Assembly: GCA_965238005.1 (NCBI GenBank)
Contig: OZ250165.1
Location: 2,816,001 to 2,880,000 of the forward strand
Source: Longimicrobiales bacterium
Lineage (GTDB): Bacteria > Gemmatimonadota > Gemmatimonadetes > Longimicrobiales > Gaopeijiaceae
DNA: 64,000 nt
Direction: 5' to 3'
Part shown: positions 1 to 9,364 of the stretch, piece by piece
Position numbering within the stretch: the stretch's first letter is position 1
Layout: each line of letters begins with the position of its first letter
Made by a program: the position numbers and the translations under genes
Notes under the pieces: model-generated
Told to the model about the DNA's origin: nothing
The model's database searches: none
The model's input: the letters and a program-made list of their open reading frames with translations, nothing else

Positions 1-41
1 AAGTGTCGGATTCGATCAACATCGCAGGCCGCCGTGAAGTC

Positions 42-893
42 TTAGTCGGGAAGAAAACGAAAGCGCGCGCGTCCCTGATACTTGGCACGAGCTACCCGAA
101 CGAAGGCAGCCTTCCCGGACTGGAAAAGCACCCTCCCCCTACCGGGAGTAGTCGCCTCGCTCAGCAGAAATCTGCTTGTGCTTAGCCGGCACTCCAAGAC
201 ATCACCCTCAATGGATGTACACGGGGGCAAAGCAACGACTGATCCGGTCTGAAGATCGATGGCTCGATCCGACCAATCCGAACTTACTATGGTGACGGCG
301 CCCTTGATATCGGATTTCAAGAGATCCGTGCAGAGGTCGATAGGACGTAGCTTCTTCAGGACGTCATACCGCGCGCGCGGGAGAAATCCCAGAGAAAGTG
401 CCATTTGGTTCACGAGAGTCGAGTAGCCGACGCCAAGCCACTGGGCTACTTGGAGGATCTCAACAGGAGACGCTACGCCGGGCTCCCAGCCGCGCTCCCT
501 GAACCCTCTAGACACTGCCGTCATCGGCATCATGAGGAAAGCGGCAAACATATTGGCAAGCCACTCTGCTTCAGTTGCCTGGTCAGTGGGGTCCTCAGCG
601 ATAAACGCATCCAATCTCGAACCGTGACCGAAGACGTGGTGTCCTAGCTCGTGCGCGCAGGAAAAGGCTTGACGTCCTGGCGGCCTGTCGGATGGTAGCA
701 GGATCGTCGGGGTCTCTCCCGAATAATACATACCCTCCAACGATCCCAGGGGAACGAACAAGACTTCGAGGCCCGCTGCTTCGGCTAGGTCAATCACATC
801 CAACGCTTCCCAAGGCTGCTTACCGTGCTTCTGGCGAGTTTCCAGGGCTGCACGAGCAGCCTCTAAACTAAGAGTGCGCTTTAACTTAGACAC
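42..893 (-). CDS. ImmA/IrrE-family Zn metallopeptidase with C-terminal extension
   Basis: 'RQAFSCAHELGHH' HExxH motif and downstream 'EWLANMFAAFLMMP'; GTG start overlaps the HTH stop. Confidence 0.9.
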   Translation of the reverse strand: MSKLKRTLSLEAARAALETRQKHGKQPWEALDVIDLAEAAGLEVLFVPLGSLEGMYYSGETPTILLPSDRPPGRQAFSCAHELGHHVFGHGSRLDAFIAEDPTDQATEAEWLANMFAAFLMMPMTAVSRGFRERGWEPGVASPVEILQVAQWLGVGYSTLVNQMALSLGFLPRARYDVLKKLRPIDLCTDLLKSDIKGAVTIVSSDWSDRAIDLQTGSVVALPPCTSIEGDVLECRLSTSRFLLSEATTPGRGRVLFQSGKAAFVRVARAKYQGRARFRFLPD

Positions 894-1230
894 CGGCTTG
901 ACGAGCCCCCTGGATCGCCTTGATGATTTGGATCAAGGCATCTAGATCTTCCCGGCTCATCTTCTGGAGTTCGCGCGCAGCCACAACTGCCTCAAGCCGA
1001 AGGTCGTCGTCGTCTTCGGCCGTCAGCCAGCCCGTCGAGACACCATAGAGATCCGCAAAGCAGGCCAGCTCATCTGCACGCACTCTTCGGCGGCCAGCCT
1101 CTATTTCCGAGATTGTCGGGCGATGAAGCTTCATCAATCTCGCCGCCTGAGCCTGAGATAGCCCGGCCAGCTTGCGGGCCTTCTGGAGCCTTTCGGCAAG
1201 ACCTGCCACTCTGCTAACCTCATCAGACAT
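886..1230 (-). CDS. XRE-family HTH transcriptional regulator
   Basis: 'RLQKARKLAGLSQAQAARLMKLHRPTISEIEAGRR' HTH_3 pattern; ATG at 1230. Confidence 0.9.
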   Translation of the reverse strand: MSDEVSRVAGLAERLQKARKLAGLSQAQAARLMKLHRPTISEIEAGRRRVRADELACFADLYGVSTGWLTAEDDDDLRLEAVVAARELQKMSREDLDALIQIIKAIQGARQAGV

Positions 1231-1510
1231 TCTCAGCTCCCCCAAATCCAGGTGTCTGAGCAATCCGTTCGGCCACCTCCGCCACGGTCAGGACGGTCCC
1301 TGGCTCGTCCTCAGGGATGAGGACTCCCTTCACTTCAAACTTCAACTTTTCTGAGACCAAGACCTCTAGCTCGAGGCACTTGAGGCTATCGAACTCGTCC
1401 AGGTCAAGGGGCTTCGAATGCTCGGTGAGCTCTGGAGCGGGCAGACCCGAGCTAATCTGTATCTCACACAGAGTTTCGATCAGGACCCTCACAACTCCAC
1501 TATGCTCCAT
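1223..1510 (-). CDS. Acyl-carrier-protein-like small protein
   Basis: 95 aa, acidic, 'DLDEFDSLKCLELEV' resembles the phosphopantetheine DSL motif; ends with 'LTVAEVAERI'; good RBS. Confidence 0.65.
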   Translation of the reverse strand: MEHSGVVRVLIETLCEIQISSGLPAPELTEHSKPLDLDEFDSLKCLELEVLVSEKLKFEVKGVLIPEDEPGTVLTVAEVAERIAQTPGFGGAENV

Positions 1511-2279
1511 GCGATCTCTCTCCTTCCAAGACGATGGGTAAGATTATCTTACCATGACATAAGATACAGCATCCGGCCAGATGCGAAACAGGGATCTTTC
1601 TGCCGGCACGTCGGCCCCGGTCTGAAACCAGTCGCACGTTTGCCGGGCGAGCAAAAAGCAGAAGTGCAGGAAGAGGGACGCGACGAGGAAGGCAAGCTCT
1701 GGAGATGCCTCCAGTTCAGGATGGACCGGCGCCCTTGGTGGGCTACCGACACTTGTCTCAAGGATTCCGGTGCATAATCAGTCAACGCTGAGACCATGGC
1801 GGACGGGAGCGACCCCAGGCCAAACCAATACCACGCCCCAGATGGGTGCCTCTTCTGCCGCAGATCGCCCGTCCTCTACCGCCTTGAGAGCGATCCGATA
1901 CGGGGTGGCCCTACCTTCCGGGGTTGGGACAAGAGAAGCGCGAGAATACCGGCTATCACTAGCGCAGCTTGCATCATCTCCGGGACCTCCCAAACGGAGA
2001 CACGAACCCCCCGCGGGGGGTTCGGAGCGTTTCCCTCCGGGCGCTATCTACCCGCAGGGGAAGCGACATACGGCCCCCTGGCCAGGATCGGTAGGATTTC
2101 AAATCGCCGGACCATCATCGGGCCGTAGCCATCATCGCCGTCCAGGTCGGGCCGGTCGATCAGCCCAACCGTCAAAGCCAGGCAAACAGCCTCGGGATCT
2201 CGAGCCAGCGCCCGCTCACCACCGCGCCCCACACTCCGGCCGTCAGCTCTTCGCGGTCCAGCTGGTCAATTCTCATTCC

Positions 2280-2359
2280 CCGGTCACGTAGGCCGCCCAG
2301 TCACCCATGAGCCGGCGGCGGCGCTCGAACAGGTCCGTACGCCGATAGGCCGCCTCGGC
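2280..2359 (-). pseudogene. Solo 3' tail of P4-like integrase
   Basis: Minus strand reads AEAAYRRTDLFERRRRLMGDWAAYVT, matching the C-terminus of the two full integrases. Confidence 0.85.
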
Positions 2360-2840
2360 AGAGTACCGGTGGCGTGATTCACGGCAAGATATCGTCTAAA
2401 GTCAACCAGGACTGCACGATCTGCGTTTCTTGCCGTTCGACCATACCTGAGTCCACCGCACTAGAATGGCGGGGAAATCGCATCAAATCGCGGGAACCCC
2501 GGTCGGCTCGAACTGCTAACGGTACCTGCCGGAATAGACGGTCGCCGGCGACCGGATAGGCCGCCAAGGCAAGAACGGTTGGCGATCTCTTCGCTCGGTA
2601 GCTCCGGCCGTTCCACAAATGAGCGATTCCCAAACGCCCCACCGCAAAAAGCACGTGGAGTACCGCCGCCAAGCGGGAAGGCGAGATGCCAACGGTCTCC
2701 AGTTGGGGTCCAGCCGCGCCTCGGTCAAGTGGAAGTTGGGCAGCGACGACCAACGCCATGGCCACACGGACCTGAAGGCGTGTCCTGAGCTCTACCTATT
2801 CTCCTTCGGCTACGACCCAGACAAGAGATAGCACCTGCGA

Positions 2841-4124
2841 TTGACGCGGAATCGCCAGTGTGCTCTCAAAGAGTTCAACGGGCTGGCGTTGCTCGATCTC
2901 AAGGCACGCGTAGAACGACCTCCGCAACGCAAGCCGCGCGGCCGGCATCCCAACAACGCGCTCACGCCGGTCTTCGTCCGCAACGTGAGCCGGGCCGGGC
3001 GCTATTGTGACGGCCAGGGCCTCTATCTCGATGTCCGGCCCACGGGGAGCCGGGGCTGGATCCAGCGCCTCACGATCCGGGGCCGCCGAACCGAACTCGG
3101 GCTCGGCGGATTCCCTCTGGTCTCGCTGAAGGAGGCGCGCGCGAAGGCGTTCGCGAACCGGAAGCTGGCCCGCGACGGTGGCGACCTCCTAGCCGAGAAG
3201 CGGCGGGCCGAGTCGATGCCCACCTTCGCGGAGGCGACACGGCAGGTCTGGACGCAGTTGCGGCCGGGCTGGCGCTCCGCGCAGCATGCGCAGCTATGGA
3301 TGAGCAGCCTGAAGCGCTTCGCCTTCCCCCGCATCGGCGGGATGCCGATTTCGGAGGTGACGAGCGCCGACGTGATCGGGATTCTGGCCCCGATCTGGCA
3401 CGACAAGGCAACCACCGCCCGGAAGCTGCGCCAGCGCATCCGCGCGGTCATGGAGTGGGCGGTGGCGATGGACCTTCGGCCCGACAACCCGTGCGATCGG
3501 ATCGCCCCGGTGCTCGGAGCCCACCGGAATGTTGTGCGTCACATGCGGGCGTTGCCTCACGGCGAGGTGGCGTCCGCGATCGAGAAGGTGCGGGGGTCCA
3601 ACTCGGGGCCGGTCGTGAAGCTGGCCTTCGAGCTGCTGGTGCTGACGGCGACGCGCTCCGGCGAGGTCCGTGGGGCGGTGTGGACGGAGATCGACCGGGA
3701 CGAGGGCGTGTGGACCATCCCGGCCGAGCGCACGAAGGGGAGCCGCGAGCACCGCCTCCCGCTCAGCGGTCGAGCGCTGGAGATTCTCGAGGAGGCGCGC
3801 GCGCTCGGTCGCGGCAGCCCGCTCGTGTTTCCGAGCGTGCGCGGCAAGCCGCTCGGGAATACGTCGTTGTGGGACCTGCTCAGGGGGCTGAAGATCGCGG
3901 CTGTGCCGCACGGCTTCCGGTCGTCGTTCCGGGACTGGGCGGCCGAGGAAACCGATCATCCACCCGAGGTGGCGGAGGCGGCGCTGGCGCACAAGGTCCG
4001 CAACCGGGTCGAGGCCGCGTACCGTCGCACGGATCTGTTCGAGCGGCGGCGTCGGCTGATGAACGATTGGGCCGCGTATCTGGCCGGCGAGCGTCGAGAC
4101 CCGGAGGCCGGTCCCAGCCGCTGA
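2841..4124 (+). CDS. P4-like tyrosine integrase (arm-binding N-terminal domain); native start probably replaced
   Basis: 'YCDGQGLYL', 'TATRSGE', 'HGFRSSFRDW', 'LAH', 'AYRR'; similarity to the 18503-19726 copy begins only at RPPQRK (~2917). Confidence 0.92.
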   Translation: MTRNRQCALKEFNGLALLDLKARVERPPQRKPRGRHPNNALTPVFVRNVSRAGRYCDGQGLYLDVRPTGSRGWIQRLTIRGRRTELGLGGFPLVSLKEARAKAFANRKLARDGGDLLAEKRRAESMPTFAEATRQVWTQLRPGWRSAQHAQLWMSSLKRFAFPRIGGMPISEVTSADVIGILAPIWHDKATTARKLRQRIRAVMEWAVAMDLRPDNPCDRIAPVLGAHRNVVRHMRALPHGEVASAIEKVRGSNSGPVVKLAFELLVLTATRSGEVRGAVWTEIDRDEGVWTIPAERTKGSREHRLPLSGRALEILEEARALGRGSPLVFPSVRGKPLGNTSLWDLLRGLKIAAVPHGFRSSFRDWAAEETDHPPEVAEAALAHKVRNRVEAAYRRTDLFERRRRLMNDWAAYLAGERRDPEAGPSR

Positions 4125-4163
4125 GGCGCGAGCCGTTGAGGCCCGATCCGAGGCCGATCCACG

Positions 4164-4197
4164 GCTGGCTCTTGACCCTTAAGGGTCAAGAGCCAGC
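4164..4197. repeat. Perfect 34-bp palindrome GCTGGCTCTTGAC-CCTTAAGG-GTCAAGAGCCAGC
   Basis: Read directly; variants at 9324-9358 and 18466-18499, each just after an integrase stop codon. Confidence 0.95.
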
Positions 4198-4524
4198 ATA
4201 CCCTTTGTACCCACAAAGGGGCTGGCGAGGGGGGCGCTCCGCTCCCCCTTCGATCCCCCCGAGGCCCGCGCTCCGGCGGAGCTCGCGGGTAGGGGGCGAG
4301 CCCCCCTTCCCCCCTGCCGGTGCGCTGCCCGCATCAGCGCTCGGTGGCCTTCCCGCCAAGGGATCCATGGAACGGGAGTATCCATGTCAAGAGGGTACCG
4401 TCAGGAGCGGGGCCGGGGAGACAGGGCGGGACGGTACCGGTGAACGCGGGATGCGGTCGCTGAGTCAGGCGAGAGCTCGCGGATGGAGCTGTTCGACCTG
4501 GCTCGCCGGTTGGGTGCATGGCGC

Positions 4525-5478
4525 TCATGCGTGGTGTCCAGGCGCGTACGCCGTCCAGATGCGATCCTGCTGCACGAGGGCGTTGGCGAGGACGAGGAGC
4601 TTCCGCATCACCGCCGTAAGGGCAACCTTCGGCGGTTTCCCCTTGGCCACGAGAGCCGCGTACTTCCGCTTGAAGTCGGGATTGTACCGGATCGCGACTA
4701 ACGCGGGCATGTAGAGCAATCGGCGCACCGGGTGCCTGCCACCCTGGATGAAGCTGCGTCCCTTCCAGGAGCCGGACTCCCGGGTCACTGGGGCGAGTCC
4801 GGCGAGGCTGGCGGCACGGGACCCGGTGAGAGTGCCCAGTTCAGGCATATGGACGATCAGTCCTGCGGCGGTGATGTCCGAGATGCCGGGGATGGAGGTC
4901 AGGATCTCGGACTGGCGCTCCAGAGCCTCCTCTGCCCGGAGCCGATTGCGGATCTCGGCGTCGATGCGCTTCAACTGGCGCTCGATCTGCTTCAGCCGTT
5001 GCTTGTTGAGCTGCTTGGCCACGGAGGTGCGCAAGTGCTTGCCGCGGTTGGTGATGGCGACCCGATCCCCGACCAGCGCATCGCGGACCAGCTGGAGTTC
5101 GGCAAGGTCGCGCTGCCCTTCGGACTTCGCTTGAGTCGGGCGGAGATCCTCGATGGCCGCCGCCATGGCGGCCAGCATCCGGGCGTCCACGGCATCGGTC
5201 TTGGCGCGCCGGCCGAGCGAGCGGGCGAAGGAGCGGACCTGGTAGGGGTTGATCGCGTAGAGGGGGAGCTTGGCCTTCAGGAGGGCATCCTCGAAGTCGC
5301 GGTGGAAGGGTCCGGTGGGTTCGTAGGCGATCCGGTCGACCTCGGAGCCGATCCAGGCGATCAGCTTCCGGAAGCCCGTCGGGTCATTCGAGAACCGGGA
5401 TGCTCTCCCCTCGGATACGGCGAAGACGTCGAGCCAGTCCTTGGAGATGTCGATCCCGATGGTGCGAAGGATGCTCAT
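4525..5478 (-). CDS. IS110 DEDD recombinase/transposase
   Basis: 'IGIDISKD', 'EPTG', 'KTDAVDA', 'GLAPVTRESG' motifs; RBS-supported ATG at 5478. Confidence 0.95.
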   Translation of the reverse strand: MSILRTIGIDISKDWLDVFAVSEGRASRFSNDPTGFRKLIAWIGSEVDRIAYEPTGPFHRDFEDALLKAKLPLYAINPYQVRSFARSLGRRAKTDAVDARMLAAMAAAIEDLRPTQAKSEGQRDLAELQLVRDALVGDRVAITNRGKHLRTSVAKQLNKQRLKQIERQLKRIDAEIRNRLRAEEALERQSEILTSIPGISDITAAGLIVHMPELGTLTGSRAASLAGLAPVTRESGSWKGRSFIQGGRHPVRRLLYMPALVAIRYNPDFKRKYAALVAKGKPPKVALTAVMRKLLVLANALVQQDRIWTAYAPGHHA

Positions 5479-5479
5479 C

Positions 5480-5700
5480 TTCCCTTCTCCTGTGCTTGTC
5501 ATGCGAGCCTCGATGCTCATGTATCCATTCAGGACGTAGGGAAGGACGGTGGCGACCATACTCCCGTGCGGCCCCTCACGGCCCAGCGACCCGCGGTCCG
5601 ACCACCGTCCCTGTTCGGCGCCCGCTCCGGCTCGCTACGCTCGCCTCCTCGGGTGCCGAACAGCCCGGGCCTTCCCCGTGACCCGGACCTGCAGATCAAA
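5480..5700 (-). ncRNA. Putative bridge RNA in the IS110 left end
   Basis: 5' hairpin plus two internal loops whose segments match target (GGGTCGCT, ACGGGAG) and donor junction (ATGGATAC, GACAAG); RNA ends approximate. Confidence 0.8.
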
Positions 5701-5729
5701 CAGACATACCTAAGAATGCAATAGACAAG

Positions 5730-5993
5730 CGACCCCAGGGGGCGGAGGCGGGCGCGTGAAAACGCGCACGGCTCCGCGCCCGTACCGGATCGTCAGATCG
5801 GGGGGTCGCTCCCGTCCCGGTCGGCGCGCCCTGATGCGCCCCCGCCGACCGGGCAAAACCTGGCGTAAACGCAACAACCGCAAAGAGATCGCGAGCTACG
5901 CCCCTGTGAATCGCGACCGGGGTAATCTGTGTATCGACCCCCGACGTGTCTTGCACATCGCAGTCCTGGCGTGGCGCGTCGGCTTCTCATCGG
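5730..5993 (+). repeat. Distal part of repeated non-coding module (inverted homolog at ~15592-15900)
   Basis: 5933-5993 is near-identical to the reverse complement of 15592-15654; 5730-5766 matches 15820-15858. Confidence 0.8.
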
Positions 5994-6024
5994 AATCGGG
6001 CCCGCCTATGCGAAGGAGGAGACG

Positions 6025-6510
6025 TTACGCCGGGCACGCCACCTGCCGAAGCATATCGGTGGTGTCCTCCAGGTCGAAGGTGGCCGTGACGGCCCCCCTG
6101 TTTGTCGTGACCTCAAGCTCTAGGGATTGGAAGCGGGCGAGCAGCCCGAGGAACCTGAGCCTCTCGGCCTCCAGGTGGAACGTGAGCCACGAGAGACCGT
6201 TGTTCCACCGGACGCGCTCCTGCGCTCCGTCGTCGAAGCGGTAGAGGACGGCGCCGCTGGTGAACTGCTCGCCGTCGTTGCCCTCGATGTAGAGATCCAG
6301 GCTGTCCATATAGCTTCCCGACAACGCGCGGAAGCACGCGTACTCCCAGACCAGGCGGTGCTCGGTGTCGTAGAGGCTCGCGGCCATAGCGGCCGGGCGC
6401 GAGCGGAGGGGATCGGTCTCTGCCGACTCCTCCATCTCCCACTGAGCCGAGACGGGAGTGACGTAGAGTAGAGCGAGCACGGCCCCGAGGGTCGCCTTGT
6501 TGACCAGCAT
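6025..6510 (-). CDS. Secreted hypothetical protein
   Basis: Signal peptide 'MLVNKATLGAVLALLYVTPVSAQ'; RBS. Confidence 0.7.
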   Translation of the reverse strand: MLVNKATLGAVLALLYVTPVSAQWEMEESAETDPLRSRPAAMAASLYDTEHRLVWEYACFRALSGSYMDSLDLYIEGNDGEQFTSGAVLYRFDDGAQERVRWNNGLSWLTFHLEAERLRFLGLLARFQSLELEVTTNRGAVTATFDLEDTTDMLRQVACPA

Positions 6511-6775
6511 CTTCCCGCCTCCTGGATGCCGTGGACGTCGCGCCCGGACATGGTGCCGGGATGTACGCCCTGATCTCGACATTCGCTCCTCTCCCCCTTA
6601 TCAATAGGGCATTACATAGGAAACTAGACATTTCTGGGCTTGTGCTTCCGCTTCGTCGGGTCTGGCGGTTTCGCGTTAGCGAAGATCTGCCGTGCTATTT
6701 CCTCAGGAGTGGCGTCGAGTTTCACACCGAATGTGGACGGCCTCTTGGGCGCTCGGGCCTGGGCTCTTTCATGGT

Positions 6776-7072
6776 TTAATCGTCGCCACAGGTAACGGTG
6801 ATCTCCATGGGCGTGAAGATGCCGACGGTGAGGAATGATACAATCTGGTTCAGAAACGAGAGTTGGGTTTCGACACTTGCCACTCCCGCGTCATCACACT
6901 CGTCCATGGCGTTTATAGGATTCGGCGGTACTAGGCCATAAATGAAACCCTTTGCCCAAGGCTGTTGTACCTGTCTCGCTCCCGGCTCAATGCCGGTGTT
7001 GACCGTGGCGTGGTAACAGCCACTCAGGCCGATCACTGCTAGTCCGACTGCAAACATCCTTACTCTACACAT
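6776..7072 (-). CDS. Bor/Iss-like lipoprotein
   Basis: Lipobox 'LSGC-YHATV', 'FIYGL', 'SFLNQIVSFLTVGIFTP...C'. Confidence 0.75.
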   Translation of the reverse strand: MCRVRMFAVGLAVIGLSGCYHATVNTGIEPGARQVQQPWAKGFIYGLVPPNPINAMDECDDAGVASVETQLSFLNQIVSFLTVGIFTPMEITVTCGDD

Positions 7073-7376
7073 CAGTCTCCCTCTCTCCTTCCCGTAGTAG
7101 CTGTGCGGCCCGAAGGTGCCGGGCCTTTTGCGAACCTCGGATATGTGGATAGCCCGCCTATTCGCGCCGAGGAGCTGTTCGCAGGGGGAGGGCATCCTAG
7201 GTCCGTTGCATGGTCAGGCGCAAGGAGATAGCTTTACCCATCCAAAAAACCAGGGCCAGATCATCCATCTCCGGCCTCGTCCCAACTGAGCTAGCACGAG
7301 CGCAGGCTTATTCGCCTAGTCTTGAGGGCATGGACTAGCAACAGGTCAGCTGCTTCTCGGCGGTGCTGATCTGGTC

Positions 7377-8084
7377 CTACTCGTTCGTACGAAATCCCAC
7401 AGATACGCCGAGTCCCACTGTCCAGAAATTCGTCTCGCTCTGTTGGGGATCCAGGACGACGTTTCCGTCGGGCTGGTCCTGGATATCTCCCTTGCGAAGG
7501 TAGCGTGCCTCGCCGTTCCCGTGGTATCGAGTGAACAGGTCGAACGAGACGGACGCCCTCTCGCCCGTCCAGACCCTGAGCTGTGCACCCGGCCCCACCG
7601 TCCACGCGAATGTGACATCGTCGAAGTTGGTCGATGACGCAAAGGGATCCCCGAAGTCGTTTTCTCCCTCAACAGATGAGGTCGTAGCAAAGTAGGCGAG
7701 CCCGATCGATGCGTTGGCGTACAGCCGCACCGCGCCGGAGCCGACCCCAACCTCCGGTCCGATGCCGAGAAGCAAGATGTTGTTCTCGGTGGTCAGATCT
7801 CCGGTAACCCGGCAAGGCTGGGTGATACAGATACGGATCGTTTCATTCCCATAGTTGATGAACCCGAGATCGAGCCGGAGGCTGAGGGTCTCGTTGTCAT
7901 CCAAGGGGAGACGCCCGTGCGCACCCAGGCCAAAGCCGAAGTCGACGTTCTCGTCGAACTCCCCCACCGGTCCTGCGAAGAGAAGATGGCCACCGACGGA
8001 TAAAGGGAACGTGTCGGGACCCTGCGCCTCCAGGGACGGCGGCCCGAAGGCAGCGACGAGTATGAGCAGCAGATACGGGCGCAT
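7377..8084 (-). CDS. Outer-membrane beta-barrel protein
   Basis: Signal peptide, amphipathic Gly/aromatic strands, C-terminal 'GLGVSVGF'. Confidence 0.75.
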   Translation of the reverse strand: MRPYLLLILVAAFGPPSLEAQGPDTFPLSVGGHLLFAGPVGEFDENVDFGFGLGAHGRLPLDDNETLSLRLDLGFINYGNETIRICITQPCRVTGDLTTENNILLLGIGPEVGVGSGAVRLYANASIGLAYFATTSSVEGENDFGDPFASSTNFDDVTFAWTVGPGAQLRVWTGERASVSFDLFTRYHGNGEARYLRKGDIQDQPDGNVVLDPQQSETNFWTVGLGVSVGFRTNE

Positions 8085-8789
8085 GGCAGACCGGAGAGTA
8101 AGAGGGGAACACAGAAGACAGGGATTGGAAAGATATTCTCATATGGTGTGAAGCTGCACGCTTAGATTTACCGCGTCGAGAGGAGAGGGCCCCGCAGAGG
8201 GCTTGTTCCCCTCGGTACGCCCCCCGTTCAGTCACGCGGTAATGGCGCTATGGACCACCTTGGCTGAGCGGAATCGCGGACCTGCGCACGCGGACGTTGT
8301 CAAGTCCCCTCGCGCGCAGGTAGTGCGTAAGGTCCCGCTCCTTGGGAGCGGCACCCGGACCGGGGCCGATGACAATGCAGGAAATCGAAAGCTGTTCTCC
8401 GATTCCTCAGGGCCCAGCGTGATGCCCAGGAGCCGGCGGTGGCCGTCCGGGCCCACGGCGTGCTCACGTTCTCGACCTTTCGGGCCCAGCGGGCATCGAG
8501 GAACGTCGCGTGTACAGGTAGGGGTGGGCCCCCTCGATGGGTGCACTCCGCAGCGTTTGCACGCCCTCGTACGCTGCGGAGACGCGATGTAGGGCACGAG
8601 GGCGCCGTTCCTCGCGAAACACGCTACTGGACTTCAAATCCTGACGCAGCTCGTCTTGCGTGGCGCGTGTCCTTCTGACCCGCGAAGTACACGCTCAGCC
8701 TAACCTCCGCCTCCTCGCCGAAGCCGGATCTTTGGTGCTCGCGAGGTACCCGAAGTACGTCCTGACGACGTTCCGCGGCTGCGGCGCGG

Positions 8790-8920
8790 CTGTCTTCGAG
8801 CGCCGATGCCAAGACGCCAAGGAGCAAGCATCGGCCCGGCAACCGCCCCGATTCCGCTGGCGACAACGTTCACCAGTTTCTCGAGCGCGGGCACCTTGAC
8901 CGTGACGTTTACGTCAACTA
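8790..8920 (-). pseudogene. N-terminal fragment resembling DUF2806-type proteins
   Basis: 'VPALEKLVNVVASGIGAVAGPMLAPWR', then frame degenerates. Confidence 0.4.
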
Positions 8921-9179
8921 ATTCGCCATTTCCTCTTCTACGAGGTTTCCCCGTGTTCGTGACCTTGCATCGGGACAGGGTATACTGATCGCCAGCTGAG
9001 CTCAAGGAGTTGCGAACTGCGCGACCACGATGCCAGGAGGAGCAAGGCGACCGCCGAGCCCTTGAAGAAACTCCCGCTACCCCGGAGGCGTGAAGACGGG
9101 GGAGCCGGACATCTTGACTACTACGGTGAGTGAGGAGAGACGGAATGGCGGAGCGTCATCTGTGCAGGACCTGTTGGGC

Positions 9180-9320
9180 CTGGCACATGTGGTCCAGAAA
9201 AGGGTCGAGGCGGCCTACAGGCGCACGGACCTGTTCGAGCGCCGGCGTCGGCTCATGGACGATTGGGCCGTGTACCTAGCCCGCGAGCGTCGAGAATCGG
9301 AGGCCGATCCGGTCCGCTGA
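9180..9320 (+). pseudogene. Solo 3' tail of P4-like integrase
   Basis: LAHVVQKRVEAAYRRTDLFERRRRLMDDWAVYLARERRESEADPVR*, followed by the palindrome. Confidence 0.9.
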
Positions 9321-9364
9321 GGCGCTGGCTCTTGACCCCTTAAGGGTCAAGAGCCAGCCTACCT

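Larger units (their letters stand above)
4377..5729 (-). mobile_element. IS110-family element (IS110 group, CT core)
   Basis: Boundaries deduced from the uninterrupted homologous site at 15826-15900; AG (CT on minus) present at both ends. Confidence 0.9.

Noticed and set aside
2374..2840. Possible retron-like or structured RNA before the integrase
   Set aside because: No RT nearby and no convincing flanking inverted repeat
4164..4197. Palindrome as a protelomerase telomere site
   Set aside because: Adjacent enzymes are P4-like integrases; no protelomerase seen
3296..4714. 472-aa Arg/Gly-rich ORF
   Set aside because: Off-frame overlap of integrase, module and IS110
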